32,000 nt of DNA from Xylella taiwanensis (GCF_013177435.1 NZ_CP053627.1:2580001-2612000); one strand, 5' to 3'. Shown: positions 18,764-27,243, numbered from the stretch's first letter. Notes: a model not told the origin generated them from the letters alone. Translations and numbers: made by a program.

Positions 18764-20340
18764 GGCTGGTCTCCTTCCAGATCGGCCACGATGGCATCAA
18801 TCTGCTGTCTCAATTGCGCTTGTCTTGCCACGATGCGGGCGATTTCGGTATTGAGCGCCTTGATGTCGGTGGTCTGGCGGGTGTCGGCCTGCTCAACGTA
18901 ACTGGACACGGCAATGTTGTAGGCGTTGGCGGCAATGTCGGCATTCTCGACCAAGCGTGCGAAGTGGTCGCTGTTCTGGCGAGCGATACAGGCGTCGAGT
19001 ATTTTTTGCCGATGTTCGGGCAGCAGCTTGTTCTTGTTGCCGCTACGCACGAACAAACTTGATGCATCAATAAACAGCGTGGCGTTATCGAACTTGGATT
19101 TCTTCAGCACAATGATGCACGTCGCAATCGTGGTGCCGAAGAACAGATCAGGCGGCAACTGGATCACGGCATCCACGTAATTGTTATCGATAAGGTACTG
19201 GCGGATTTTCTGCTCCGCACCACCGCGATACAGCACGCCGGGAAACTCAACAATCGCCGCGGTCCCGTTGACTGCTAGCCAACTCAGCATGTGCAGGGTG
19301 AACGCGAGATCCGCCTTGCTTTTGGGGGCGAGCACCCCTGCGGGCGCAAAACGCGCGTCGTTGATCAGCAAGGGATTAGCATCGCCCTCCCATTTGGTCG
19401 AGTACGGCGGATTGGAGACGATAGCCTCGAAGGGCTCATCGTCCCAGTGCGCCGGGTCAGTCAGGGTGTCGCCGTGGGCGATATGGAACTTTTCGTAATC
19501 CACATTGTGCAGAAACATATTGATGCGGCACAGGTTGTAGGTGGTGAGGTTGATCTCCTGCCCGTAGAAGCCCTGGCGTACCTTGCCGTGACCCAGCACC
19601 TTGACGACGTTGAGCAACAACGAGCCCGAGCCGCACGCCGGGTCATACACCTTGTTGACCTCGGTCTTGCCGACCAGGGTGATGCGGGCCAGCAATTCAG
19701 AGACTTCCTGCGGGGTATAGAACTCGCCGCCGGACTTGCCCGCCGTGGAGGCGTACATCTGCATCAGGTATTCGTAGGCGTCGCCAAACAAATCGATGGT
19801 GTTGTCAGCAAATCCGTTACTGCCGCCGGCCAGGGGCAAGTCGCCGATGGCATTGAGCAGCTTGACCAATTTTTCATTGCGCTTGGCGACCGTGGGGCCG
19901 AGCTTGTTGCTGTTGACGTCGAGATCATCAAACAGCCCCTTGAAGTTGGCCTCGCTGGCGGCACCCATGGCCGAGCGTTGGATGTTGGCAAAGATGCGCG
20001 CCAAGGTTTCGTTGAGGTTGTCGTCCTGCTCAGCACGCGCGCGCACGTTGCAAAACAGTGCGGAAGGCAGGATGTAAAAGCCTTTTTCATCCACCGTCAC
20101 GGCGCGGCCGGACTCGGCATCTTCATCGCTCAAGGTGACGTAGTCGGAATCGGCATTGCCCGCGCGACGCTCTTCCCCGTTGAGGTAGCTGGTCAGGTTC
20201 TCGGAGATGAAGCGGTAGAACAACATCCCCAACACATAAGTCTTGAAGTCCCAGCCATCCACACTGCCGCGCAGGTCATTGGCGATGCGCCAGATGGTTT
20301 TGTGCAGCTCGGCGCGTTCGAGTTCTTTGGTGTTGCTCAC
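18760..20340 (-). CDS. hsdM: Type I R-M N6-adenine DNA methyltransferase subunit (type IC-like)
   Basis: The HsdM N-terminal block is LHKTIWRIANDLRGSVDGWDFKTYVLGMLFYRFISE. The AdoMet motif is VYDPACGSGSLLL and the catalytic motif is IVSNPPYSTKW. The start is a GTG at 20340 with gggag upstream. Confidence 0.97.
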   Translation of the reverse strand: MSNTKELERAELHKTIWRIANDLRGSVDGWDFKTYVLGMLFYRFISENLTSYLNGEERRAGNADSDYVTLSDEDAESGRAVTVDEKGFYILPSALFCNVRARAEQDDNLNETLARIFANIQRSAMGAASEANFKGLFDDLDVNSNKLGPTVAKRNEKLVKLLNAIGDLPLAGGSNGFADNTIDLFGDAYEYLMQMYASTAGKSGGEFYTPQEVSELLARITLVGKTEVNKVYDPACGSGSLLLNVVKVLGHGKVRQGFYGQEINLTTYNLCRINMFLHNVDYEKFHIAHGDTLTDPAHWDDEPFEAIVSNPPYSTKWEGDANPLLINDARFAPAGVLAPKSKADLAFTLHMLSWLAVNGTAAIVEFPGVLYRGGAEQKIRQYLIDNNYVDAVIQLPPDLFFGTTIATCIIVLKKSKFDNATLFIDASSLFVRSGNKNKLLPEHRQKILDACIARQNSDHFARLVENADIAANAYNIAVSSYVEQADTRQTTDIKALNTEIARIVARQAQLRQQIDAIVADLEGDQP

Positions 20341-20397
20341 GATGTCAACGCTCCCGCCGTGGCGGCTGTAGCAAGGAAAGGGGGATGATGTGCAATG

Positions 20398-21394
20398 TCA
20401 AGGTTCCAATGGGTACTCAATACATTCATCAGGCGGGTGTGCCGTTTGGTCAGAAACTGTGGAGGTCCTGTCGCGTTGCGACCGGACGTGCTGCCTCAGG
20501 ATCAAGAGCGGCGCGGTTGTTGCCCTTGAAGGACACCCGCGGCCTGGCGCCCGGATGCTTGCGGACATGCCGTAGCACCAGAGGGGCGCGCCAGTCTGGC
20601 CAAGCCGCGCGTGCATCTCCGTCAGGACACCACTGCATCCCATCCGAGGCGGCGATAGTACGTGCTGCAGTGACCGTTGGTCGAATGGCTGGGTTCTGCT
20701 GGCGTCGCTGACCAGGGCGCCGAGGCGCGTGCTCAGCAGCATCTGCAGCTTGGATAGCAGGCGATAGATGCCGTGATCAAGTGCAGCAACAACGCGGGCT
20801 GTGCGGGGTTTTTCATGGCCTTGGTGATGCGCACGCGCAGCGCGCTCTTGAAGGCGTCTGGCTCAATCTCCTTGGTGAACGCGGTATCCGTCTCGATGCG
20901 CGGGTGGCTACTCGCCTTGGTGATCCGCACGCAGCAGGTCAGCCGTTTGCGCCACTGATAATGTGCGCGACGGCAAGACGTCGCCAAGCCGCTGGGGTGG
21001 CTGCAGCACACAGGTGACATAGAGCAACGCCCGATGCACCCAATGCTTGAAGTCCACGCGGTAGCGTCGCGGCGTGCCCGATGGCCGCAACGTCGGCATC
21101 GCGAGCAGCGTTGCACACGGCGGCGCACGGTGTGATGACCTGGTCCATCAGATCGATGCGGGCCTGGTCCGCGGTGAGGTGTTCTTGAAACGCTTTGACC
21201 TGCGTGTCCTGCGGCTGCTTGGCGTAGAAACTGCGGACATGGCCAAACAGATCACCGCAGGCATCGCGGCCCAGCACGCTTACGATGCGACTGCATCCCT
21301 TGGTGTAGCGGCGGCGTTTGGGTTGACCTGCCATCGCACGGATCAGGCGTAGCACCTGCACCTTGACGCGGTCGCACTCCCGATGATTGAGCAC
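20398..21394 (-). pseudogene. Multiply frameshifted gene of unknown family; its 5-prime end is the unit of the adjacent tandem repeat
   Basis: Protein-like segments are scattered over three minus-strand frames. They are AAWRRCAVLNHRECDRVKVQVLRLIRAMAGQPKRRRYTKGCSRIVSVLGRDACGDLFGHVRSFYAKQPQDTQVKAFQEHLTADQARIDLMDQVI, then RRYRVDFKHWVHRALLYV, then IETDTAFTKEIEPDAFKSALRVRITKAMKNP, then LSKLQMLLSTRLGALVS. I could not assign a family, and a mobile-element gene is only a guess. Confidence 0.3.
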
Positions 21395-22378
21395 CGCGCA
21401 GCGGCGCCACGCGGCTTTGAGATCGGATGCGCCGCTGACCAGCAGCGCGCCGGCGTGGGCGGAAATCCTTCCACAGCGTGCTCACATCCACGGGCGATAG
21501 CCTCTTAGCCGTGTCCAGCCGCGGGGTGATGTTCGCGTGGCAGTACCGGCGGCGGTGTTGCAGCGTGCCGGTCATCGCACTCCCGATTGGTGAGCACCGC
21601 GCAGCGGCGCCACGCGGCTTTGAGATCGGATGCGCCGCTGACCAGCAGCGCGCCAGCGTTGGCGGAAATCCTTCCACAGCGTGCTCACATCCACGGGCGA
21701 TAGCCTCTTAGCCGTGTCCAGCCGCGGTGTGATGTTCGCGCGGCAGTAGCGACGGCGGTGTTGCAGCGTGCCGGTCATCGCACTCCCGATTGGTGAGCAC
21801 CGCGCAGCGGCGCCACACGGCTTTGAGATCGGATATGAAGCTGACCAGCAGCGCGCCGGCGTGGGCGGAAATCCTTCCACAGCGTGCTCACATCCACGGG
21901 CGATAGCCTCTTAGCCGTGTCCAGCCGCGGGGTGATGTTCGCGCGGCAGTACCGGCGGCGGTGTTGCAACGTGCCGGTCATCGCACTCCCGATTGGTGAG
22001 CACCGCGCAGCGGCATCACACGGCTTTGAGATCGGGTGCACCGCTGACCAGCAGCGCGCCGGCGTGGGCGAAATCCTTCCACAGCGTGCTCAAATCGGCG
22101 GGCGATAGCCCTTGGCCGTGTGCAGCCGCGGGGTGATGTTCGCGCGGCAGTACCGGCGGCAGTGTTGCAGCGTGCCGGTCATCGCGCTCCCGATTGGTGA
22201 GCACCGCGCAGCGGCATCACATGGCTTTGAGATCGGATATGAAGCTGACCAGCAGCGCGCCAGCGTTGGCGGAAATCCTTCCACAGCGTGCTCAAATCGG
22301 AGGGCGATAGCCTCTTGGCCGTGTCCAGCCGCGGGGTGATGTTCGCACGGCAGTACCGGCGGCGGTGTTGCAGTGTGG
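21391..22378. repeat. Five tandem copies of a ~203-bp unit (periods 203, 203, 203, 201; last copy partial), mosaic and roughly nine-tenths identical by eye
   Basis: gcaccgcgcagcgg begins at 21391, 21594, 21797, 22000 and 22201. The copies differ in short patches: gatgcgccg vs gatatgaag, ccggcgtggg vs ccagcgttgg, cacatccacggg vs caaatcggcggg. On the minus strand each unit carries GGGAG-tgcg-ATG followed by MTGTLQHRRRYCRANITPRL(D/H)TAK.LSP.D(V/L)STLWKDF. Confidence 0.95.
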
Positions 22379-23054
22379 CGGTGTCGACACCAAATGGCTG
22401 GAATCGCGTCAAGGACTGCTCTCTGCGCTGGTGGCCGCGCTCCAGGGCGACCCGGCAGGCGAGCGCGACTTTTTGCAGCGTTGCGGCTTACGGCCACTCC
22501 CAAAGCGACTGCGCTTGCGTGTTCTGGACGCAACGCTGCGCGCCGCTGTGGGTGGCGTTGGCGATCTCTGTGCACCCTACGCGGACATCGCCACGCTCAA
22601 CATCCAGCCCACCCATGTCTTTATTGTGAAAAACCTGCAACCCGGGCTTGCGTTCGATGACCTGGCAGGGGCAGTGGTGCTCATGGCGCAGGGGTATGCG
22701 CTTGATGTACTGGGTGAGCTGGCATGGCTGCAACAGGCGCAATGCTTCTACTGGGGCGACATCGATACACATGGCTTTGCCATGCTGCATCGCGCCAGAA
22801 CATAGCTGCCCCACATCACCAGTGTGCTGATGGATGCGGCCACGCTGCTGAATCATCGCGATGCATGGGTGGAAGAAGAAAAACCGCACCCTGCCGACGG
22901 CTTTGCATCCCTCACCGCCACCGAACAACAGCTCTATCAATCGATCAAGACAGGGGGCTTCACCCACAATACCTTGATCAACAACATCCGCCTGGAGCAG
23001 GAGCGGATCCCCTGGGACATTGCGTGGGCCGCACTTCAAGCCTGTCTTGGATGA
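22365..23054 (+). pseudogene. jetD: 5-prime-truncated Wadjet jetD (DUF3322/DUF2220, Toprim-like) remnant with an in-frame TAG at 22803-22805
   Basis: Track ORFs 22365..22805 and 22824..23054 are in the same frame. The sequence THVFIVKNLQPGLAF..VVLMAQGYALDVLGELAWLQQAQCFYWGDIDTHGFAMLHRART-TAG-LPHITSVLMDAATLLNHRDAWVEEE...LTATEQQLYQ...IRLEQERIPW matches the remembered JetD C-terminal pattern (vENl, YWGDlDthGfaIL..lR..fP.v.SlLMD..Tl, LT..E, RLEQErI). Only about 225 of the roughly 390 expected codons are present, and no jetABC lies upstream. Confidence 0.75.
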
Positions 23055-23410
23055 CGCGGCCTCGGCGTGTGCTGATAGATGCATGAGCAACACCATCCCC
23101 CTAAAGCATGAATCAATACACTGGGACAGCGCCTCGGCTGCGATGCGCACCTAGCTTCGATGACGCCGCCTCGGAGAACCCTGGGCGATGGATAGAACAA
23201 CAGCGGGTACTCCCGTCACATCTGCATATGGCATGCACCGTTTTTTTCTGTGTGTCTGGAACCCATCGCGATGAAATGTCTCCGCGAACCCAGCAACCGT
23301 TTGTTGCATCGCACCGCCGCATGAGCCGGCACCAGGCCAGGCTACCGTTGCAGCGGATGACGATTGGACACACGCTCACGGGAGACGTGCTCACGCAGGC
23401 AACCATCTAT

Positions 23411-23690
23411 TGCAGGCCGACCACATCATCAGCCGGTACCGCAGCTACGTTTTGCAGCACTTAGATCGGTGCGGTACGCAGATGTGGATACGCCAACACC
23501 ATCGCGGCCAAGGCGGTCCCTGACACCACGTTGACCCACTCGCCATACCCGCACACGGGCACAACGGGCGCGGTAGCGCTCGTTCCGCATGGGCTGAACC
23601 TGGGCATCGGCGCCGTGAGCACCGCTTGGGTGTCAGCCATGCGGTGCAACGATCGACAGATACGCGCGTGATGGATCGCGATGTTGACGC
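23411..23690. repeat. Copy A of a ~280-bp imperfect direct repeat (partner at 23816-24085)
   Basis: tgcaggccgaccacatcatcagccggtaccgcagctacgtt...gcggtagcgctcgttccgcatggg is nearly identical in both copies, at an offset of 405 bp. The distal ~100 bp are diverged and carry small indels. Confidence 0.85.
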
Positions 23691-23815
23691 CATGACCAAG
23701 AAACCGAGCAGGCCATCGTCATGACCGAGTGGTGCGCAAGTAAAAGCGCTGTTCAAAACGACGCCCCTTGGAAACAGGCGCGCGAAAAAACAAGTGCGCA
23801 AAGGCAGCCACCCGT

Positions 23816-24085
23816 TGCAGGCCGACCACATCATCAGCCGGTACCGCAGCTACGTTATGCAGCACTTGGATCGGTGCGGTACGCAGATGTGGATACGCCA
23901 ACACCATCGCGGCCAAGGCGGTCCCTGACACCACGTTGACGCGCTCGCCATACCCGCACACGGGCACAACAGGCGCGGTAGCGCTCGTTCCGCATGGGGG
24001 CGCCGCCGTGACAAGCCTCCATTGAATATCAGCCATGCGGTGTAACGATCGAGAAACGCGCGCGATGGATGGCGATGTTGATACC
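23816..24085. repeat. Copy B of the ~280-bp imperfect direct repeat
   Basis: Same evidence as copy A. One minus-strand frame is shared by both copies (..GTSATAPVVPVCGYGE(W/R)VNVVSGTALAAMVLAYPHLRTAPI..), which suggests a duplicated gene fragment. Confidence 0.85.
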
Positions 24086-24827
24086 GTTGCTAAGCAACAA
24101 AGCACGGCAACTGCCATGGTCAAGCGGTGTCGCTGTGTCACACATCCTTTCACACACCTGTCTTGTGTCCCACAGCGGACCACGGCGGCGCATCGGCCAT
24201 CGTGTGCTGGACATCATCCCGCCCCGGCACATGCGAGGCGAGTGCCGCGTAGATGTCCTGTCCGTCCCCGGGACGCGCTGCTTTTCTGGAGACATCATCC
24301 CATCAGGCGCTCGCCACAAGGGGGCATGGTGAACGCCATTCACCTCCTGCGGCTTGGCTTCGCACGCGAACGCGATCGGAGCATCACGCCTCCATTCGCC
24401 AAGCAGCACACGCCAGATCATGACCCGATGCGTGTAGAAGTACTACGTGCGTACCGCTTTGACTTTGGCCGCGTCCACCTTGCCCCGCTGCGCGTCATTC
24501 ATGTTTTCCGTGGTCGTGCGGATCACGGTGATACTGATGACCGAGACCGCTTCACCGCAGCGATTGCAGGGAACCAGATACCTGCGCAGGGATGACGACT
24601 CAATCGCGATCCGCGCTGCTGGACATATGGCACGCATCCGATGCAGCCACGTGCCATCTGCGTGCTGATGCCTGCAGGCCAACCGTTCGACCTGTGATCA
24701 TCGGTACCGCCTCGCGGGTACCAACACACCACGCCGGGGGAGCACAAGCCGTGGGGGCAGCGGCCATCATGGCGATCACCGCAACGCTACTCAATACGGA
24801 TGCAGCATGACGCCGCGTTGCAGGGGC

Positions 24828-25640
24828 TCATTGGGCGGTGCCACCGAACTGAAAGCTAGACACTGTCACGCCCCCCATGAAGCCTGGCTCGTGATAGACG
24901 GCGCGCGCGGTCTCCTGTTCGGCAGCCCCCACAGCGACCATCAATGGGAGCAGGTGTTCTTCACGCGGATGCGCCAGGCGCGCGGCGGGGGCGCGCTCCC
25001 AGTCAAGCAATGCGTGGATCCGTTCTGCCGGCGGTAACGCCATGGCGTGGTGTAGCCAAGCATCGAATGCTGTGGAGGCATGTTGCGCCGCCGCTCCAAA
25101 GGCACGCAGGTTGTGGTAACTCAAGCCGCTACCCACCAGCAGGACACCTGCATCGCGCAACGGGGTCAGTGCCTGTCCCAGTGCGAGGTGTGTTTTGGGA
25201 TCCAGTCCGGTCAATAGGGAAAGTTGCACGGTGGGCATCTCCTGATTCGGATAGGCAATGGCCATAGGGGCATACATGCCATGGTCGTAGCCTCGGTCAG
25301 CGTCCAGGCGCACCCCAAGACCGGCTTCGCGCAGCAGGTCCGCTACGCGAGCGGCCAAGGTGGGATCACCCGCTGACGCATACTGAATCTGGTAGGTATG
25401 TTCCGGGAACCCGGAGTAGTCATACCGCATGGGTGGATGTGGATTGGATTGCACCGTGAACACGGGTTCCTCCCAATGCGCAGACACCATCAAGATGGCG
25501 CGCGGCCGCCCGCCCGCATCCGACGCCATGCGTCGCAATGACGTGGTCAGCTTCGAGTAAGGACCTGCGAGCATCCCATCCAGCCAGGGCCAAGGGCCGC
25601 CGCCGTGTGAGATGAAGAATGTTGGCAAGCGCTGCGTCAT
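24828..25640 (-). CDS. ygiD: 4,5-DOPA dioxygenase extradiol-like protein (class III extradiol dioxygenase, LigB/YgiD family)
   Basis: 270 aa starting at an ATG. Family landmarks: PTFFISHGGGPWP, MVSAHWEE, YDYSGFP, DRGYDHGMYAPM, VLLVGSGLSYHNL, EEHLLPLMVAVGAA. Confidence 0.9.
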   Translation of the reverse strand: MTQRLPTFFISHGGGPWPWLDGMLAGPYSKLTTSLRRMASDAGGRPRAILMVSAHWEEPVFTVQSNPHPPMRYDYSGFPEHTYQIQYASAGDPTLAARVADLLREAGLGVRLDADRGYDHGMYAPMAIAYPNQEMPTVQLSLLTGLDPKTHLALGQALTPLRDAGVLLVGSGLSYHNLRAFGAAAQHASTAFDAWLHHAMALPPAERIHALLDWERAPAARLAHPREEHLLPLMVAVGAAEQETARAVYHEPGFMGGVTVSSFQFGGTAQ

Positions 25641-25805
25641 GGTTGGGGTCGTCTCAGATCACGGAAAATAAAACATGCTACGTGCACGCAGCGGCTGGCC
25701 ACCAGCGGTCCCACGTCGGCATGGACACGCGGCGCTGCTTGGCGACGTCTTGGGACGGGGCAGCGCTGGCGCACCGCGGCTGGGCTGACTTGATGTTGCT
25801 GGCGG

Positions 25806-26089
25806 TCATGTGTGGTCACGCGGCTGCATTGGATGCCTTGCTTGTGGCAGGTCGCCGAGCAGATCAACCCGTGGCTGCACCGACCGGCGCAACCGGTCGA
25901 ACTTCCAGACACCCCAGGGGGCATCCCCGCGGAGCCTGTCGAGCATCTTGGTCAAGCCTGGACGGTCTGGCGGCGTGCCATTGCCGTTGTCCTCAAAGAC
26001 TTTTTTACATCTAGCCTTCTCAGGGCTTGGCGTTGCAGCTCCAGGTCCTGATCCTGCGTCGAGACGCGCCCAGCGCCGATCAACATCAT
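25806..26089 (-). pseudogene. Serine recombinase (resolvase/invertase) pseudogene, N-terminal catalytic domain only, frameshifted
   Basis: Hand translation from the ATG at 26089 gives MMLIGAGRVSTQDQDLELQRQAL. After a 1-nt frame slip near 26020 it gives KARCKKVFEDNGNGTPPDRPGLTKMLDRLRGDAPWGVWKFDRLRRSVQPRVDLLGDL. The resolvase pattern is iGYaRVSTqdQdlelQ..aL..aGc.kvFeD..SG....RPgL..mLd.lR.GD.lvVWKlDRLgRS. Further slips follow (QGIQCSRVTTHD), and the HTH domain is missing where ygiD begins. Confidence 0.7.
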
Positions 26090-26096
26090 GTGCTGC

Positions 26097-26405
26097 TCAC
26101 GCTGACGTTACCGAGACCTGCTGTGTATTGATTGCTTGAAGTCTCTTCAAGAGATTCTTTTCTGGAACTGCTTCGATTGTTTTTCCAACCGATGTATAGA
26201 TGAGTGCGCGCAGCGTCTTGAGGTTTTTATCACTGGTGTCTTGAACAAACCCAGATGTAAACAAGGCCGGCCACGTTAGCATTTCGTTAAAAGAGATCAG
26301 GAATAACGCCTGCTCTCCATGAGCGATATTTTGCGGACACTGATGCGTATATTGCCCCCTGAACGGCTGTATACAAACGCGCTTGTGTTGCTTCCCTAGC
26401 GCCAT
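26097..26405 (-). CDS. Hypothetical protein, overlapping the previous ORF in another frame; AT-rich
   Basis: The distal two-thirds look protein-like (EQALFLISFNEMLTWPALFTSGFVQDTSDKNLKTLRALIYTSVGKTIEAVPEKNLLKRLQAIN). The N-terminal third is dubious. The stop lies 5 nt upstream of the recombinase-remnant ATG (26089). Confidence 0.3.
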   Translation of the reverse strand: MALGKQHKRVCIQPFRGQYTHQCPQNIAHGEQALFLISFNEMLTWPALFTSGFVQDTSDKNLKTLRALIYTSVGKTIEAVPEKNLLKRLQAINTQQVSVTSA

Positions 26406-26565
26406 CCCCCACCACAGTCACTCTCATCCCAACGTCTACTTTTACGCTGATGGATGCTGATTTTTTAGCCAAGTAAAGCGACACGACAATAGCCAAAAAA
26501 GTGGCGATACTTGCTAGCCAAGTTCCCACTGCATTCCACACCTGTATCTGCTGCTCCAACGTCAT
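26287..26565 (-). CDS. Hypothetical small membrane-anchored protein in a low-GC block; possibly the 5-prime part of a frameshifted gene continuing in ORF 26097..26405
   Basis: It has an ATG start and one clear hydrophobic helix (VGTWLASIATFLAIVVSLYLA) followed by KKSASISVKVDVGMRVTVVGDG. The later part of the translation (REATQARLYTAVQGAIYASV) is less protein-like. Confidence 0.35.
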   Translation of the reverse strand: MTLEQQIQVWNAVGTWLASIATFLAIVVSLYLAKKSASISVKVDVGMRVTVVGDGAREATQARLYTAVQGAIYASVSAKYRSWRAGVIPDLF

Positions 26566-26661
26566 ATCAGCGCGCTATCTCATCCATTGTTCGGTGAAAT
26601 GACCGTCATCAATATCTCACCGCACGACAGCCCGTTGTTGCCATCACGCCGGCAGCGCTGT

Positions 26662-27069
26662 CTACACGACTTCAAGGTTGATGTCGCAGTTGCCGTGGGC
26701 CATGCGATTGCGCATGTTGCGCCACGGCACTGCGACGTGCCCCTGGGTGAACTCGGCGTAGCCATCCATCACTTTTGTGGCAGCCTCACCGCTGATGCTG
26801 AGGCGCATGATGACGGTGCACACCCCAACGTTGGTGAAACTGGCGCCGCCACACTGGCAAGGGACATGGACACTGGGCGGCTCTCCCGCCTTGACGCCGC
26901 TGCTCTGGGAAGACGTCCACCCATATGGGTGGTTCGATCTCGAGATGAACACCCGAGCAGCGTTGCTGTAATCAATATGGTGGCTGGTGACACGATTGCT
27001 GGTGCCACCCCTCATCGCATGGGAAGCACTGTCTTTTGTCCACGTGTGCATCCCGCCGCCCTGCGTCAT
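26662..27069 (-). CDS. Hypothetical 135-aa protein immediately downstream of the second hsdR
   Basis: The minus-frame composition is more protein-like than the antisense 165-aa plus ORF (GEPPSVHVPCQCGGASFTNVGVCTVIMRLSISGEAATKVMDGYAEFTQGHV). There is no convincing SD and I recognise no family. Confidence 0.35.
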   Translation of the reverse strand: MTQGGGMHTWTKDSASHAMRGGTSNRVTSHHIDYSNAARVFISRSNHPYGWTSSQSSGVKAGEPPSVHVPCQCGGASFTNVGVCTVIMRLSISGEAATKVMDGYAEFTQGHVAVPWRNMRNRMAHGNCDINLEVV

Positions 27070-27243
27070 ACCGAGACTGCCTAGCCATATTCACCCATGT
27101 CGCTGTAGGGGTTTTCAACCCGTTGCGGATGCACCGCTACGCAGCGCTACCAGCGTGGCGGGTGTCAACGCGCCCCGCCGCAGGCGATGCGCTGTCTTGG
27201 AGCCGCGTGGGCATCCTGAAACACTCAGCGATGCTCACAATGC

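Noticed and set aside
14989-20388. Long plus-strand ORFs inside the first R-M operon (14989..15954, 15994..16524, 16837..17382, 18006..18620, 19291..20388)
   Set aside because: All are antisense to hsdR, hsdS or hsdM, whose minus-strand translations carry unambiguous family motifs.
20398-21394. Calling the degraded gene a transposase
   Set aside because: The context (tandem array, truncated neighbour, recombinase stump nearby) suggests a mobile element. However, I could not match the protein-like segments to any IS or transposase family from memory, so it is left as unknown.
21391-22378. The ~203-bp periodic array as a CRISPR locus or plasmid iterons
   Set aside because: The whole unit is repeated with no unique spacers between short repeats, no cas genes are present, and the unit is about ten times longer than iterons. 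It is a plain tandem duplication of a gene 5-prime end.
13311-22805. Genetic-code reassignment of TAG as the explanation for the four in-frame amber codons
   Set aside because: TAG is used as an apparently genuine terminator in the same window. The hsdS2 stop at 30237-30239 lies 2 nt before the hsdR2 start. The orf81 stop at 18518 lies 2 nt before the hsdS ATG. The orf135 stop at 26662 is also TAG. GC-to-AT decay of CAG/TGG codons explains the pattern more simply. It is kept as a finding only so that suppression can be formally excluded.
22488-23150. Minus ORF of 220 aa covering the jetD region
   Set aside because: It is antisense to the JetD-like frame, which carries several family motifs. 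The minus translation has none.
25619-26014. Plus ORF of 131 aa with an ankyrin-like stretch (GWADLMLLAVMCGHAAALDALLVAG)
   Set aside because: It is antisense to the much clearer serine-recombinase remnant (VFED..RPGL..WKFDRLRRS), and the rest of its translation is Arg/Cys-rich noise.
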